This document shows positions 22,220-36,047 of a stretch of 64,000 bases of DNA, in pieces (position 1 is the first letter of the stretch; the number at the start of each line of letters is the position of its first letter). The position numbers were made by a program, and so were the translations under genes. The stretch is from Adineta vaga (Eukaryota > Animalia > Rotifera). The DNA lies in assembly GCA_021613535.1 (NCBI GenBank), contig CP075492.1, positions 20,290,755 to 20,354,754 of the forward strand, given 5' to 3'. The notes below the pieces were generated by a model. It saw only the letters and a program-made list of their open reading frames with translations. It made no database searches and had not been told where the DNA came from.

Positions 22220-24591
22220 TACAAAAATAATTCCTAAGACGATCAAATTAATCTAAAGAGTGGCGTCTTCACTTTTGTAGAATAGACGATGTGGTTTGAT
22301 AAAGTGAAGTTATCGTTGATTCTTGATCTTTTGAAGAATTCTTTAAATCATGCTGATTCAAATTAGTTCAGAATAATGAACAATGAAACGATACGTTAGA
22401 ACAGAAAGACTATCTCCTTTCTACGTAACGAAGAGACGACTATTCATATAGTACAAGTTGACACTTTGTTTATTTTAAGTACGATTAGATCGATAAAGTC
22501 GCATTGTTCTGACTTTATCTTTTTCCATTTGCCTTCTAAGTTATTCAATGAGAAAAATGTGTGATTAATTAAATACTTATTCCGAAATTGTAATCGAATT
22601 TGATGCTGCTTGAATACCTTCACTGTTGTAATACTTACATTGACTATTACTCATACCATGTTCTCTTCTTTTTATGAGCCATCATCAAATTGACAAATTA
22701 GAGAGATTTTCTGATCGACGTAGTGTTTTTTTCATAAGTTTATTTGTTTAACTTATTCTCGATCAATGTCGAGCAAATATCGTTTCATCAATCTTTTTTA
22801 AAGTCCCCGAAAAGGGTCAGGTTCCACAAAGGATTGATTATAAATACCTTTGGTTGTTGTTGTACAGTTTGACCGATCAATACGCAGGAATTTTATCGAC
22901 GATTTTCAAACTATATGATGGTCGATCAGGTAACAACTTGACAGCATTGATTGAAGAGAAGGTGAACTAAATAGCCAAAGTACCACAGACATTGTAGACA
23001 ATTTTACCAAACAAGAACGCTGTTGATGTTACCAGGAGCTAGTGAATAAGTCGAATGAATGAATGGAACAAGTTCGTGACTATTTATAGTCTGGTATGAA
23101 GAAGATTGTTATCTGTTTTCTCTTGTCTAGACTATAGTTTTCATCAAGTTCATTTGTCCATGACGATAACCATTTCTATATCAAAATCGATGTGTTTCTG
23201 ACATGTCAGTGCATGATCGGGTTTAGTCTGTCTTTGTGATCTTCTTAGACATGTGTCATTAGCTATCTACAGTGTATGTGTTTATATTGATATCTTCTGA
23301 TCATTTGTATTCATTGCGGTTATCCATCTATCTTCTTCCTGTTCTCTTTCTCTCCTTATCTCACGAGGGACGTATACATTGAAGGAAAGAGAACGAATAC
23401 AAGAGAACACAGTATCACAGTGCATAATATTTCACAATTGCCGATATGTTTTTCGCTACAATGCTAAAAATCTTTGTCATTTCACGTCACGTATACTATT
23501 TTCATTTTTTCCATTGCATATCACATATTTAGTTAATTCATATTGGAATCATGTGAAACAGTGCCGTTTTCTTTGCAAATTGAACACAGTCATTTTTTCT
23601 GATAACGTACATTGGGAATACTCAGTCAATATAGATAGATGATCTGATATAGACTGATTTAGAGTTATGCATTACAATAAATGCGCTAGTGACGTTCAGA
23701 AAAATTGAAAGGGTTTCTTCTATCTGTTTTTTTTCTCCCTGAAAGAAAAACAGATAGAAAAAATCTTCAGCTCTGTTGTGAATAGTTTTCTCGATTAAAG
23801 AATGAATTTTCAGAAACATATGAATAGATTCCTTGAACTTTTCCAAAAAGGTGTTTATTGAAGGATTAAGTTCCTGTTTAATCATCATTAGCTAAAGAGG
23901 CTATATCTAATCTAACTGAATAAAAAAATGGATATGAAACATAGTCGACAACACTAGAAACAATGTAACAGAACGATAATAACATGCGAGACGGACGTCT
24001 ATCGTGACCTAATGAACGGAACACAAAAAGATAAGTGGATGGCAGAACAGAAAGAAAAAAGCATCTACCAGTGAAATGATGTGAGATCGAATGATTTTTT
24101 TTCCGCGCAGATAGGAATGCTCTTTTTATCGAAAAAACGTGAATTTATTCTATTGCGAATTTCGCTAAAATAATCCTATATTTAGAGGAAATAGAAACTA
24201 TTTCAAATACTAAATGAATTTCAATAAATAAACACAGAAATTGCTTTCTGTTATTCCGAAGCTTTGGTTACATAGAGATTTTCTCACCATGAAAAAGTAT
24301 GTCACTGTCTCACTATTTGTTGTCCACAATCATTAACCAGTAGCCATTAGTTTGTCACTAATCTTGACAGAAAATTCATAATTGATTAAGAATAAAACGT
24401 ATCCAATAGAAAAAGCGTTCATGTTTCTCATTGGAGCACGAAGATGTCTTTTCATGAAGAAAATTTCGATTCTCAGTTAATTAGGAATCTTCTTTTTACA
24501 ACACAAGCGTGATGATAACTCACTCATAGCAGAAAACAAACAGTATAACGTTCATAGATAAAGATATTCTTTCTACCATATTGATTGTAAC

Positions 24592-24690
24592 TTTTGTTCC
24601 TATAGAAACAGCGTCCTGGCGTCCTACTGCTGATTATATATGATACGGAACCGTTTAGAACGCCAGGACGCTGTTTCTATAGGAACAAAA
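24592..24690. repeat. ~31-bp inverted repeat, probable transposon remnant
   Basis: TTTTGTTCCTATAGAAACAGCGTCCTGGCGT and its reverse complement. Further AGGACGC/GCGTCCT motifs extend to ~24900. Confidence 0.6.
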
Positions 24691-25712
24691 TTCCACATCC
24701 ATAGTGATGAAAATTCCTTGAGAAGAGCGTCTTTCAAATGAATCTCACTTACAAGTGACTCATCGGGACGCTAGGACGCTTTATGTTAGAACGATTTTTT
24801 CTTCCTAGTTAACTTTAATTTTTTTCTATGTAGATTCGGCGTCCTGGCTTTTATTTAGCCCCGTATAATATATGTTCAGTAGTCGAATGACAGGACGCAG
24901 GTTCTAAATACAAGAATATCATATTGAATTCATATTAAGGAATTGGTATAAGGTAGCTTCTTAGCATTGGATAAATGTCTAGGATACACGAAAACCATAA
25001 CTATCATCGCCTTCCGTTTTTGATTAGTCGATTTTATGACTCTAAAAACCTGATTAGTTATGTGACGCGATGAGATGGTGAACCAAAACATATTTATATT
25101 ATGTGATCTTTGACACTGACATATGCACACTAACTACATTTTTCTCATATGGCCTCTCCTTTCGGTTGAGGGAAACATATGATGACGCTGACTATCTCAG
25201 CTACCAACGCTCTCTCAACGTGTTCTTCCAACTTCAACCTGCACTCTTCCGCATACACGTCTCAACCAAGATCTAACCTCGAAGTCCCTCCCAAGCCATG
25301 TCTTATGAAGTTCTGAGCATTTTCGGAAAAAATGTTTTTTTGACCTTTGACCCTGACACAAGATATTCAGCTATGTTTAGAAAGTGAAAAACAACGACGA
25401 GCTAACCTTAGTGTTTGTGAATGCGCTATAGAATCAACAACGGTTATGATAGAAAGTCTTCAACGAATATCTAATTTAGATATATCAAAATGGACTGATA
25501 CATCAAATGTAATTAATTTGTCCAAAACAAAGATGCTATCATACACTGGTACAAACTAGTAAATGAGCTTACTGATCAAAGAGTAGAACTATTTTTTTAG
25601 TATTATTTTATTTATTTAATCATGAAATTTTAGTTTCTTCTACAAAAATCTAACTTCAATGTTCCATAATGCCTTTTTTTCAACAACTGTCACACGTTGT
25701 TTTTTATGATTA

Positions 25713-26797
25713 TTACTGCTGATGAGTTTTTAGGAACATATTAATGTACTCTTTATAATTTTTCTCTATTGTTTCACGTTTCATTCCAAATTCCTCCAAT
25801 GTAAAGGTATTACGACCTTGTTTACCTTGAGGATTATCACGAAGCCAACTAAGCATAGCTTGTTCAACGTCCATTGACAATGTCATATTAAAATGTTTAT
25901 AAATTCGACAAATATTATCAATCGGTTGCGTGAATAAATCCTCGTAGAGTATATCTAAAACAGGTACATGTGTATTGGTTTTTCGAAATTTCACAAGTCT
26001 TTCCGATTATTGCATTGGATTCGTCTTTATCAAAGTACACATTCACATAAGCCATAGCTAGACGAGCACATGAAGGAAATGCTTCATCCAATCGACGATG
26101 TGTCATCATGATCAATAAAGCATCCGGATAAAATTTTAACAAATTATCTATGTAAAGTATATGAGCTGTCGTTTTAAAAAGTCAATGAGATTGAGGTTCA
26201 CCAACACTATTTAACATTTGAAGAAATATTTTGTGATATTGATAGATGAAATCTTTATTTGCATCATCTAGACACCATGTTGCAAAATCGTTTTCATGAT
26301 AATCCGTAAGTAAATAATGGGCCCAGTTTAGACCAGCTTAAGAAAGAATAGAAAGATCTTCTTCATAAGAAAAATGAGGATGAGAAGCTCACATCTCTTG
26401 CTCATAATTAACAAAGCCTAATGAATTGAGCATTTCACTGTGTGCCTTGATAATTTCCTTATGTTGTTTATTTCTTGAAGTGTCAGAACGAGCTACAGGT
26501 GAAATTGGATTCATCATATCCATCAAAAGAGGTGCTCGACATGCCGGATTACAAGAAAGTGAGTTATACAGAAGTGTTGTGCCAGTACGAGGTAAACCAC
26601 GTACTACCAATGGTGATTTTATTGTTTGTTTTGTTACTTCTAATTATCGTTTAGAAACTATATAATTAAGAACATTTTTGCAAATTGAATAATTCCTTTC
26701 AAGTGTTAAACAGTAAAGATGCCGTCCAATTGATGATAATTGATTGTTGACAAGAATAGAACGAGCATTGACTTGATATGCATGTAAGATATCCATA
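25713..26797 (-). pseudogene. Sulfotransferase (Sulfotransfer_3-like) pseudogene
   Basis: GLPRTGTTLL, YPDA..I.THR and LEEFG motifs spread over several frames with stops. Confidence 0.75.
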
Positions 26798-26799
26798 TA

Positions 26800-28102
26800 C
26801 AGGGTGTCCCAGAAATAACCTACTAAAAAAAATTATTTTTCTCCGCCAATTCTCAATCAAATTGGACATTCTTTTTTTTATCTGAAAGGGCATTCTTCAA
26901 AGTTTTATTTAAAGAAAAAAGTTTCATAAGTACTGCTCGAACGTGTTACCATTCACATCAATACAAAATTTTAATCTTTTCAGAAGAGAATCAAAAACAT
27001 TTTGTAATGTTTCTTTTTTTATAGACTTGATTTCTTTTTCAATTCTGTTCATTAATTCATTGATATCTTTGATCTTGCTTGTGTACACTTTTGTCTTGAT
27101 GTAACCCCACAAAAAAAAAGTCCAGAGGTGTGAGATCTGGAGATCGAGGAGCCCAAGATATTGGACCACCTCTTCCAATCCATCTTTCATCAAAATTTTC
27201 ATCTAACCATGCACGAACTTGTTTTGAAAAATGTGGTGGCGCACCATCTTGTTGGAAAATAACTTTTTGTTCAGCCTTTTCGTCTTTAAAATTGGATTAA
27301 AGTAATCTTTTAATAACTCCAGATAATTCTGCTGGTTGACTGTTTCATCATTAAAAAAGTAAGGACCGATTATTTGTGTTTTTGACATTGCACACCACAC
27401 ATTGATCTTAGCCGAATTCATAGCAACATCGACAGTAATATGTGGATTACTTGTTGACCAAATGCGGCAATTATGCTTGTTCACAATCCCGGAAAGATAG
27501 AAACATGATTCATCCGAAAAGAAAACATTACCATCATTTGCTTGATCTTCAAGAATGGGTATTAAATATTCGGACATTTCAACACGCAGATCCATATCTT
27601 CATCATACAATTGCTGAGTACAATGCATCATATATGGCTTAAATCCGATAATATCACGCATTATTCGATGTGCCTGGCTCTTCGAAATGTTCGTGTCTCG
27701 AGCAACACTTCTTACAGTGTTGATCGGTTCCGTGCTCAAAACCTCTTCAACTTCGTCAATCTTATCTTCAGTTATTGCTGTTGGACTTCCCGGAGGACTG
27801 ATATCTTGAACTGAACCAGTCTCGAGAAACTTTTGATAGATTGCTGTAATTGCATGCCTTTCTGGAATTTCAGTTGCTTCTTGTCGCCGTAATTCGCGGA
27901 TAACCGTTATAGGAGACTCGAATTTTGCCATTAAGATGACGACCTGGATTTTAGTCTCCAAAGAGTATCGCATGATAGAGATCTGAAATAAAACAAAACT
28001 TTGAAGAATGCCCTTTCAGATAAAAAAAAGAATGTCCAATTTGATTGAGAATTGGCGGAGAAAAATAATTTTTTTTTGGTAGGTTATTTCTGGGACACCC
28101 TG
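26800..28102 (-). mobile_element. Tc1/mariner DD41D (rosa-like) transposon with frameshifted transposase (27973-26924)
   Basis: TA TSD, ~110-bp TIRs CAGGGTGTCCCAGAAATAACCTAC. FSDES, and QQDGAPPH..SPDLTPLD with 41 residues between the aspartates. Confidence 0.9.
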
Positions 28103-28194
28103 TAGTTGATTATAACTAGATTTCTAACAGTATAGTTTGATCTCGACTTGATTTGAAGTTTTTATACTTTTTGAATCGAACTAGAGATATCTAA

Positions 28195-28239
28195 GCCAAC
28201 TGATGAGACTCTTAGCCGGGTCGAAACACGTGTCTTGGT
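28195..28239 (+). ncRNA. Intact minimal hammerhead ribozyme
   Basis: GCCAA-CTGATGA-GACTC/GGGTC-GAAA-CACGTG-TC-TTGGT; predicted cleavage after 28234. Confidence 0.85.
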
Positions 28240-28246
28240 AGCTGAT

Positions 28247-28353
28247 CTCACCCCACACCCTCACCCCACACCCTCACCCCACACCCTCACCCCTCACCCC
28301 ACACCCTCACCCCACACCCTCACACCCTCACCCTCACCCTCACCCTCACCCAC
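28247..28353 (-). repeat. Mixed telomeric repeats (C-strand on +)
   Basis: CCCTCA/CCCACA units immediately after the hammerhead. Confidence 0.9.
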
Positions 28354-28703
28354 CTGTGTCGGGCATGATGTTAAAATTCGAAACTAATCAACAATAATAA
28401 GAAAAATATCCCTATATATAATATTTTGAGCCGTTCATGACTTCAAATATTTCCAAACAAACCAATTTTAATATGTATGGTAGTAAGTTTTTATCAGGTG
28501 TGAATTGCCAAGATATATCGAAATGTTCCAGACCGTACCTGATAGTTCACAATTCACTGATACTTCCAAGCAGTATATTTAGATAAAATCTTGATCGTGA
28601 AGAATTAGTTTTGATCGTATGTGTCATCGTATTGATAAATAATGTGTTTGTTGATCAATTCAATTCATTCAAAACAGATTTTAAGAATAAATGAGAAAAG
28701 AAA

Positions 28704-29248
28704 TCAAGAATACAATATGTGAAAAAGAAACAAAATGATTAAAATGAAGTTAGTGGAATACAAAAAAAGAAGAAAAAAAATGAAACAAATTACATGTCTT
28801 GTGATAAAATATCTCATCATAGATAAGTTCACATTTAGGATGTAAACGATTTTTTGATAAAGTTGTGCTGCAGCTTCACTACCTACTTTTCTCAGAACTT
28901 CTTTAGTAACAAAATGAGTAAGCAATTCAGCACCTTCCGTCGAATAGATATCTAATTGTTTATAATGTCCTGATGTCTCTCGGGCAATTTCTTCAAAATT
29001 CTCTTTTGCTCCGTCATGCATATAAAATGTATGAATAGGAATATTTTTATTTTTTAACTTTTTCAATTCGACTTTGTAATGTGTGGGAGTTTTATAGACA
29101 TTCTTACTCCAATATTCTTCTCCACCATCGCTTTTTCACTCTTAGCTGTTGCACCTCCGATTAAAATAACTTTGGAAATCCCTTCAGGTTGTTCACTTTG
29201 TTGAAAAGCATGCCATAATCGTATCACTATACAGTAATTGTTATGCAT
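28704..29248 (-). pseudogene. Decayed fragment of vWA-like domain protein
   Basis: VILIG.A and IPIHTFY....A..NF..IA.ET.G pieces in different frames. Confidence 0.4.
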
Positions 29249-29819
29249 TGAGTTAGATAAGAATAATCGAAAAGTTTGTTCTTAAAAATGGTTCAAGTAT
29301 TTAAAGATAATTATGTCAAAAAATTTTTATATTAATAAATATATAATTTGAATAAAGTTTTGTTCAAATATGTTTCGTAAAAATAATAGAATTAAAAATA
29401 AAATTATTTTAATTGTCGAAAAAATATCTTAAAATTTTCTGGTGCAAAATCAAAAACAAACTATCTAGTTCGTTTGATAATTCTAGTCAATTTTCAAAAG
29501 TTCATTGAAAGATAAACTGTAAATAATTTTCATAGAGTTCAAATAGTTCACATGATATTGCACAACAATAAAAAAAAGACATTAAACTAACAAATTTTGA
29601 CATCAGAAAACCGACAAGGACAGTATAGTCGTGTATTATCATGTTTATATGTAAAAAATTGTGGTGTAAGGACAAGATCGTAAAAGGGCCTTTTTGCATT
29701 AGAAATAATATTCCTTATCTTTTGTGATAAATGTGACAATGATAAGTATCTATTTAAAAGGTAGTTTTATATAACAAGAACTCATTCTTTTTTCATCTTA
29801 GCCTGCTTTGAAGGATAAT

Positions 29820-32800
29820 ATGTATAGAAACCCAAGTTTCAATGGAGATGTTACTGAAAATAATCGATTACAAAAATGGTGGCGTCATCGATGGTTTAAA
29901 ATCGGTCTCATCTCTTTTATCATTTTAACAATTATTGTAGTTACTCTCTCCTTGGTATTAAAACTTATCGTTTTCGCACCACAGAAGCCTAAAACGACTA
30001 CTACTACCACGACAACATCATCAACTTCAACATCCATAACAGCAATATCAATTTCAACAACAACAACAACGATAACATCAACATCGTTTTCAACAGCATC
30101 AAGCCCACAAACCACCACCACCACCACCACCACCACAACAACAACAACAACAACAACAACAATAACATCAACATCAACATCAATTTCAACAACAACTACG
30201 ACCAGACCTCAACAATCAGGTAAGTTTTAAAGTAAGGCTGATTAATCTTCCAAAATCCATGTTTTAAATCAGATATTTGTACTTTTGCATCTAATCCTAT
30301 GCGGGTGAGGGTGAGACACACCCTCAAGATGCATCATTCAGATTGATGAAATGAGTTTTTGGAAAATCCTTAATACACTTCCAGTCTAACCAATATCAAA
30401 TTTATCAACAACCTTCCTATTTAGAGAGTAATAAAGACTGAAATACAATATCTTTTCATATGATCTCAAAGTCACTGTGTGCTTTAAAAAGATGCATGGA
30501 AGGAAAGATATCACCCTATCAAAAAGTTTCTGACGCCAGTCAATTTATCCGACATTGAAACGCAGCCATAGTAGCATTGCAAAGGAGAGAAGGAGAGAGA
30601 GCAAATGCCAAAACCATCGAGAGAGTCGTATCGTTATTAGTTCATCTGACTTCAAACTATTGGATCAATTGAATTAGAGGATGATAGATTGATCTCATCT
30701 AATCGTGAGAGTAATTTCTTTTTCATTGGTCTCAGTTCCTGTTGCAATAGTTTTAGTGTTTTGAATACCGGCTCGGTAATCCTTCTTCTCTTCGATATTT
30801 TCGTTTTCGAAAAAATGAAGTTAAACAAGAAAATTTTGCTCACATAAAATGTTCAAGCTCAGTCTTTGATTTTGTTCAAAATGATTTTTATTCTCGTAGT
30901 CCGACTCCAATTCCATCAGCATATTTTTCTCTTGAACGCGGTTCTGGTCCTATACATCTTTCATACAAGATGACTCAAAAGTCATGCAATCGAGAAGCAA
31001 TAAAAAATTTCTGCAACGGGTCTAGAAAGCTCGCTGATGTCTTTATCATTAGTAAAGGCATATTCGCACTCCGCGTCTATAAAGACAAGATTACAAAGAA
31101 CTTCATTTAAGTAACACTGTTGACTGTATGCGGGTAAGATAACAAATATAGAAATATCAGTCTGTTTTTATGCTCGTTTCAGATAAAAATTTGATTTTTA
31201 TAGTCAACTGTAATACATTGTGTTTTTAAAAACCTTCAAATCAGCATGTCTCAGAACAAAAGTTTATCTATACTTATATGCTTCTAGTGAAAGGCATAGC
31301 AAATTTCCATCGTTTTAAAGTTACTTGAATAAAATGTAAGGACACGTACTAAATATAACCCTCACCCTCTAAAACTACTGGTACCAACATGCATTACTAA
31401 TGACTCCTTCCTCCACATTTCTTCCACGTTGAATATATTTAAATGCTTCTATCTAGGATGGTCTTTTACTGGTAACATGAATAATGCACGAAATCGACAC
31501 ACAGCATCTATATTAAGAAATGGAAAAGTGTTAGTTGCTGGTGGGGCTGGTGTACATACTCTTCTAGATAGTTCTGAGTTGTATGATGCATCTACAGGGA
31601 TTTGGACAACAACTGGTAGCATGAATCATATACGATCTGATCATACAGCATCTATATTAACAGATGGTAAAGTATTCATTACTGGCGGGCGTGATACTAA
31701 TGGTGCTCTAAATAGTGCCGAATTGTATGATCCATCAACAGAAATCTGGACAACTACGAGTAGCATGAATTATGCACGACGAGAGCATAAAGCATCAGTA
31801 TTAACAAATGGAAAAGTGTTAGTCACTGGTGGACGTAATGCGACGCATAATTTGAATAGCACTGAAATCTATGATCCATCCACAGATACTTGGACTGTCA
31901 CTGATAGTATGCATAATCCACGTTCATGGCATACAGCATCAGTATTAGCAAATGGTAAAGTATTAGTTACTGGTGGATCTAGTGATGATGGTTATCTGAA
32001 CAGTGCAGAACTATATGATTCATCAACAGAAACGTGGACAACTACTGATATCATGAATAATGCACGATTTTTTCATACTGCATCCGTATTAAGAAATGGC
32101 AATGTGTTAGTTGCTGGAGGAACTATCCGGCATGATAACTCAAGTAATACTGAATTATTTGATCCATCATCAGGAATTTGGACACCTACTGGTAGTATGC
32201 ATAACGCACGAAATAGTCATACAGCATCTGTATTAGAAGATGGAAAAGTTTTAGTTACTGGTGGAACTAGTGTTGGAGATCTATATAGTGTTGAGTTGTA
32301 TGATCCCTCACGAGGAATTTGGACAAGTATTGGTGATATGAATCATGCACGATATGATCATACAGTATCCCTGTTACCGAACGGAAAAGTATTAGTTACC
32401 GGTGGATCTTTGCATGGCCTGGGTTCTCTTGACAGTTGTGAGTTATATGATACATCAAGAGGAAGTTGGACAGCTATTGATAATATGAATAATGGAAGAT
32501 TCGACCATACATCATCGGTACTAACCAATGGAAAAGTGTTAGTCACCGGTGGATACTGGAATGGTGATGCTATAAATAGTACTGAGTTATATGATCCAAT
32601 AAAAAGAATTTGGACCATTACTGGTAGTATGAATTATGTACGAGCTGATCATGCAGCATCTGTATTAGCAGATGGAAAAGTTCTAGTCACTGGTGGACGG
32701 CGATTTAACAGTGTTTCTGTTTTCAATAGCACTGAATTGTATGATCCATTATTAGAAAAGTGGACAATTATTGATAGTATGAAATATAAACGATTTTATC

Positions 32801-34533
32801 ACACAGCATCGATATTACCAAATGGAAATGTATTAATTACTGGTGGATCTTCGTATTTTGAAGCTATCAATAGTTCTGAATTATATAATCCATTAACAGG
32901 AACGTGGTCATCCACTGGTAGTTTAAATCATCAACGTTCACGACATATAGCATCTGTATTAATAAATGGAAATGTATTAGTTGCTGGAGGACAGAACGGT
33001 ACTGTTTCCCTAAATACTGCTGAATTGTATGATTCATCCAGAAAGACTTGGAGAATGACTGGTAGTATGATGTATACACGTACTGATCACGCTACATCTT
33101 TATTAAAAAATGGAAAAGTTTTAGTTATTGGTGGATCTCTAGATGGTTACCGTGTTCTAAATAGTACTGAATTATATGATCCATTCACAGAAACCTGGAC
33201 AACTACTGGAAGCATGAATTATCCCCGACGTGGTCACACAGCATCTCTATTAGATAATGGAAAAGTGTTAGTTACTGGTGGAGTTAATAGTAATCATTAT
33301 CTAGATAGTGCTGAGGTGTATGATCCATCAACAGACATTTGGACAAGTATTGGTAATATGAATGGTAAACGAAGTTATCATACAGCATCCGTATTAAAAA
33401 ATGGACGAGTGGTAGTTGCCGCAGGAACGATGAACGGTTTTAGTCCTCTACAAAGTGTTGAATTATACGATCCATTCACCGAGACTTGGATAACTACTGG
33501 TAGCATGAATCATATACGGCAAGATCACGAAGCATTGGTATTAACAGACGGAAAAGTGTTGATTATTGGTGGAGATGCATATGGTGGTCCTTTAAATAGT
33601 ACTGAATTGTATGATCCATTAACAGAAAGTTGGACAAGTACTGGAAACATGAAATATGCACGAGTGGGTCACACAGCATTTGTCTTGGGAAATGGAAAAG
33701 TGATGGTCACTGGTGGAGTCAAGTATGATGAACGTGTAAGTATTACTGAGTTATACGACCCATCGACAGGAAATTGGACAACCACTGGTAGTATAAATCA
33801 TGTACGAGATAAACATACAGCGTCTGTATTAACAAATGGAAAAGTATTAATAGCTGGAGGATATAACGGTACTAAGTATCTAAATAGTACTGAATTGTAT
33901 GATCCATTAACAGAAAGTTGGGAAATTATGGGTAGTATGAATCATGCACGAGCTGGACATACAGCATCCATATTAACAAATGGAAAAGTATTAGTTGCTG
34001 GGGGATATGATGGGGTTGATCTCGTTAATAGTTCCGAATTGTATGATCCATCGACGGGTGCCTGGATAATGAGTGGTAACATGAATCATGCACGAGCTAA
34101 CCATAGAGCATCCGTATTAACAAATGGAAAAGTGTTAGTCACGGGTGGGGCGGTTTCGATGATGAGTTATCAAAATAGTGCTGAATTATACGATTCATCA
34201 ACAGGAATTTGGACAATCACTGATAGCATGCATGATCGACGAGTGGGACACACATCATCTGTGTTATTAAATGGGGAAGTCATGGTGACTGGTGGAGAGG
34301 ATGATCTTATATCTCTGAATAGTGTTGAGTTGTATGATCCTTCAACAGAAACTTGGGAAAATTGGGGTAGTATGAATCATGCACGATCTTTTCACGGAAC
34401 ATCCATATTACTAAATGGAAAAGTATTAGTTACTGGTGGAAGGACTTTTGAGGTTGGTTCTCAAAATAGTGCTGAGTTATGTGATCCATTATCAGAAATT
34501 CAAACAAATACTAATAATATGAAGAGTACGTAA
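29820..34533 (+). CDS. Type II membrane protein: TM, Thr-rich stalk, 21 kelch repeats (exons 29820-30219, 31457-34533)
   Basis: CAG|GTAAGT donor at 30220 and TAG acceptor at 31456 join in frame. 21 R..H.AS.L.NGKVLV.GG repeats, with a degenerate 22nd after the stop. Confidence 0.85.
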
Positions 34534-35415
34534 TAGAATCACAGTGGATCCGTATTAACAAACAAACATGTATTGATTCGTAGCGAATATATTGAGAGTC
34601 TGTTTCGAACAGTGCAGAATAATATTAAATAAATTAATAATAAAAATTTGTTCGGCTTATCCGCAGGTAATGTAATTACAATATCATATAGTTTATTATT
34701 AGTCTTTTTTACTATTCACATTTAAAAGAAAACTGTTCATTTATTTGTCGAATAATCGTATAATCGACATTCGATAACGTCTTTTTGTAGAACGGTAATA
34801 CTGTGTAGTTTTCGAGTATTTTTATCAATAATATTTCGTCGAATACATCTATCGAAATAATTTCCATAACAGAAGCAATTTGATGACATACAAACATAAC
34901 TAGATTCATCACAAACAAGAACCGATGTAAATGAATGAAGATCTAAACATTTCGATCCTTGTATATGTTTAGACAAACTATTCAAAAGTAAAATAACATT
35001 TTCATGATTTTACACAAACATAATTTGGAGGCAGTTGAGCAAAAACTGTTTAACTCACGTTGATATCTTAAAAACAATTGAAAGATTATTATTTTCTATA
35101 GAAAAAAAAAGTTTGATATGAAATATCATCACGCGTGTAAAAAGAAATGATATCATTTTTTATTTTTATTGATAAAGTTCGTGTGACACGTCGATGAGTG
35201 GTAAGAGGTAAAAGACCAACATTTTGAGCACGTACTTAAATAACTGTTTTTCTTTTATTGGAATCTTGTGGAAGAACCTTCATCTTTATCAAACAGTTGG
35301 CTGACGAAAGTATGGTAAAATGGCCTTTCAACTTATTTTCATGTCGGTTTTCTTTCTAATAACTGCTGTTCCTTTTGCTATCATTGTTGTGCTTCGTTAC
35401 TTTGTTACCTCATCT

Positions 35416-35575
35416 TGAGGGTGAGGGTGTGGGTGAGGGTGTGAGGGTGAGGGTGTGGGTGTGGGTGAGGGTGTGGGTTTGGGGTGAGGGTGGGTGTGAG
35501 GGTGAGGGTGTGGGTGAGGGTGTGGGTGTGGGTGAGGGTGTGGGTTTGGGGTGAGGGTGTGAGGGTGTGGGTGAG
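35416..35575 (+). repeat. Mixed TGAGGG/TGTGGG telomeric array (~160 bp)
   Basis: Seen directly; joins the 3' end (TTCTA-CTCAC) of the minus-strand Athena element. Confidence 0.92.
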
Positions 35576-36047
35576 TAGAATTACCACAAATACAAAGTAT
35601 TTTCACTTTTTTTGACAAAAGATTATCAAGTGGCAAGTATTCGTATAGAAGACTCACGAAGAATACCTGGACAAATTGACTTTTGAATGTGTGAGGCTGG
35701 GAATGTGAATGTAATAAGCATATGTTTGTTTTGTTTTATGTGTTGATGTTCTTTGAACAATGGGAACCTGTTTTGGCTCTTGATATTATTAATATCGTTA
35801 TTTCGAAAATGCGGGTCTTTACGAGGATTGGCGATTTCTTTTGAAGGACGGTAAGTGTGCTTCTGAAGGTGTAATCGAAAGAGTGTAGACTAAATCTACA
35901 AGAGAAATACAGATTAGAGTAATTGTTGCGATATGGAGACAGCAAATTCATGAATAAAGTTGTTGCTTTAGTATATCAATTCTAGGAACGAAGAGTATGA
36001 ATTACAACAAAAGATTGTTTGGAAGATTTCATAGTTAATAGAATAAT

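Noticed and set aside
22840-23090. Possible small minus-strand gene behind TATAAATA
   Set aside because: Contains stops and no recognisable motif.
29885-30195. Poly-Val and poly-Leu/Trp ORFs
   Set aside because: Antisense of the Thr-rich exon.
34712-34985. Cys-containing ORF fragments (CFCYGNYFDRC)
   Set aside because: Possibly a decayed host exon, but too fragmentary to call.
35397-35657. His/Pro-rich ORFs (also 35405..35587, 48262..48453)
   Set aside because: Translations of telomeric repeats.
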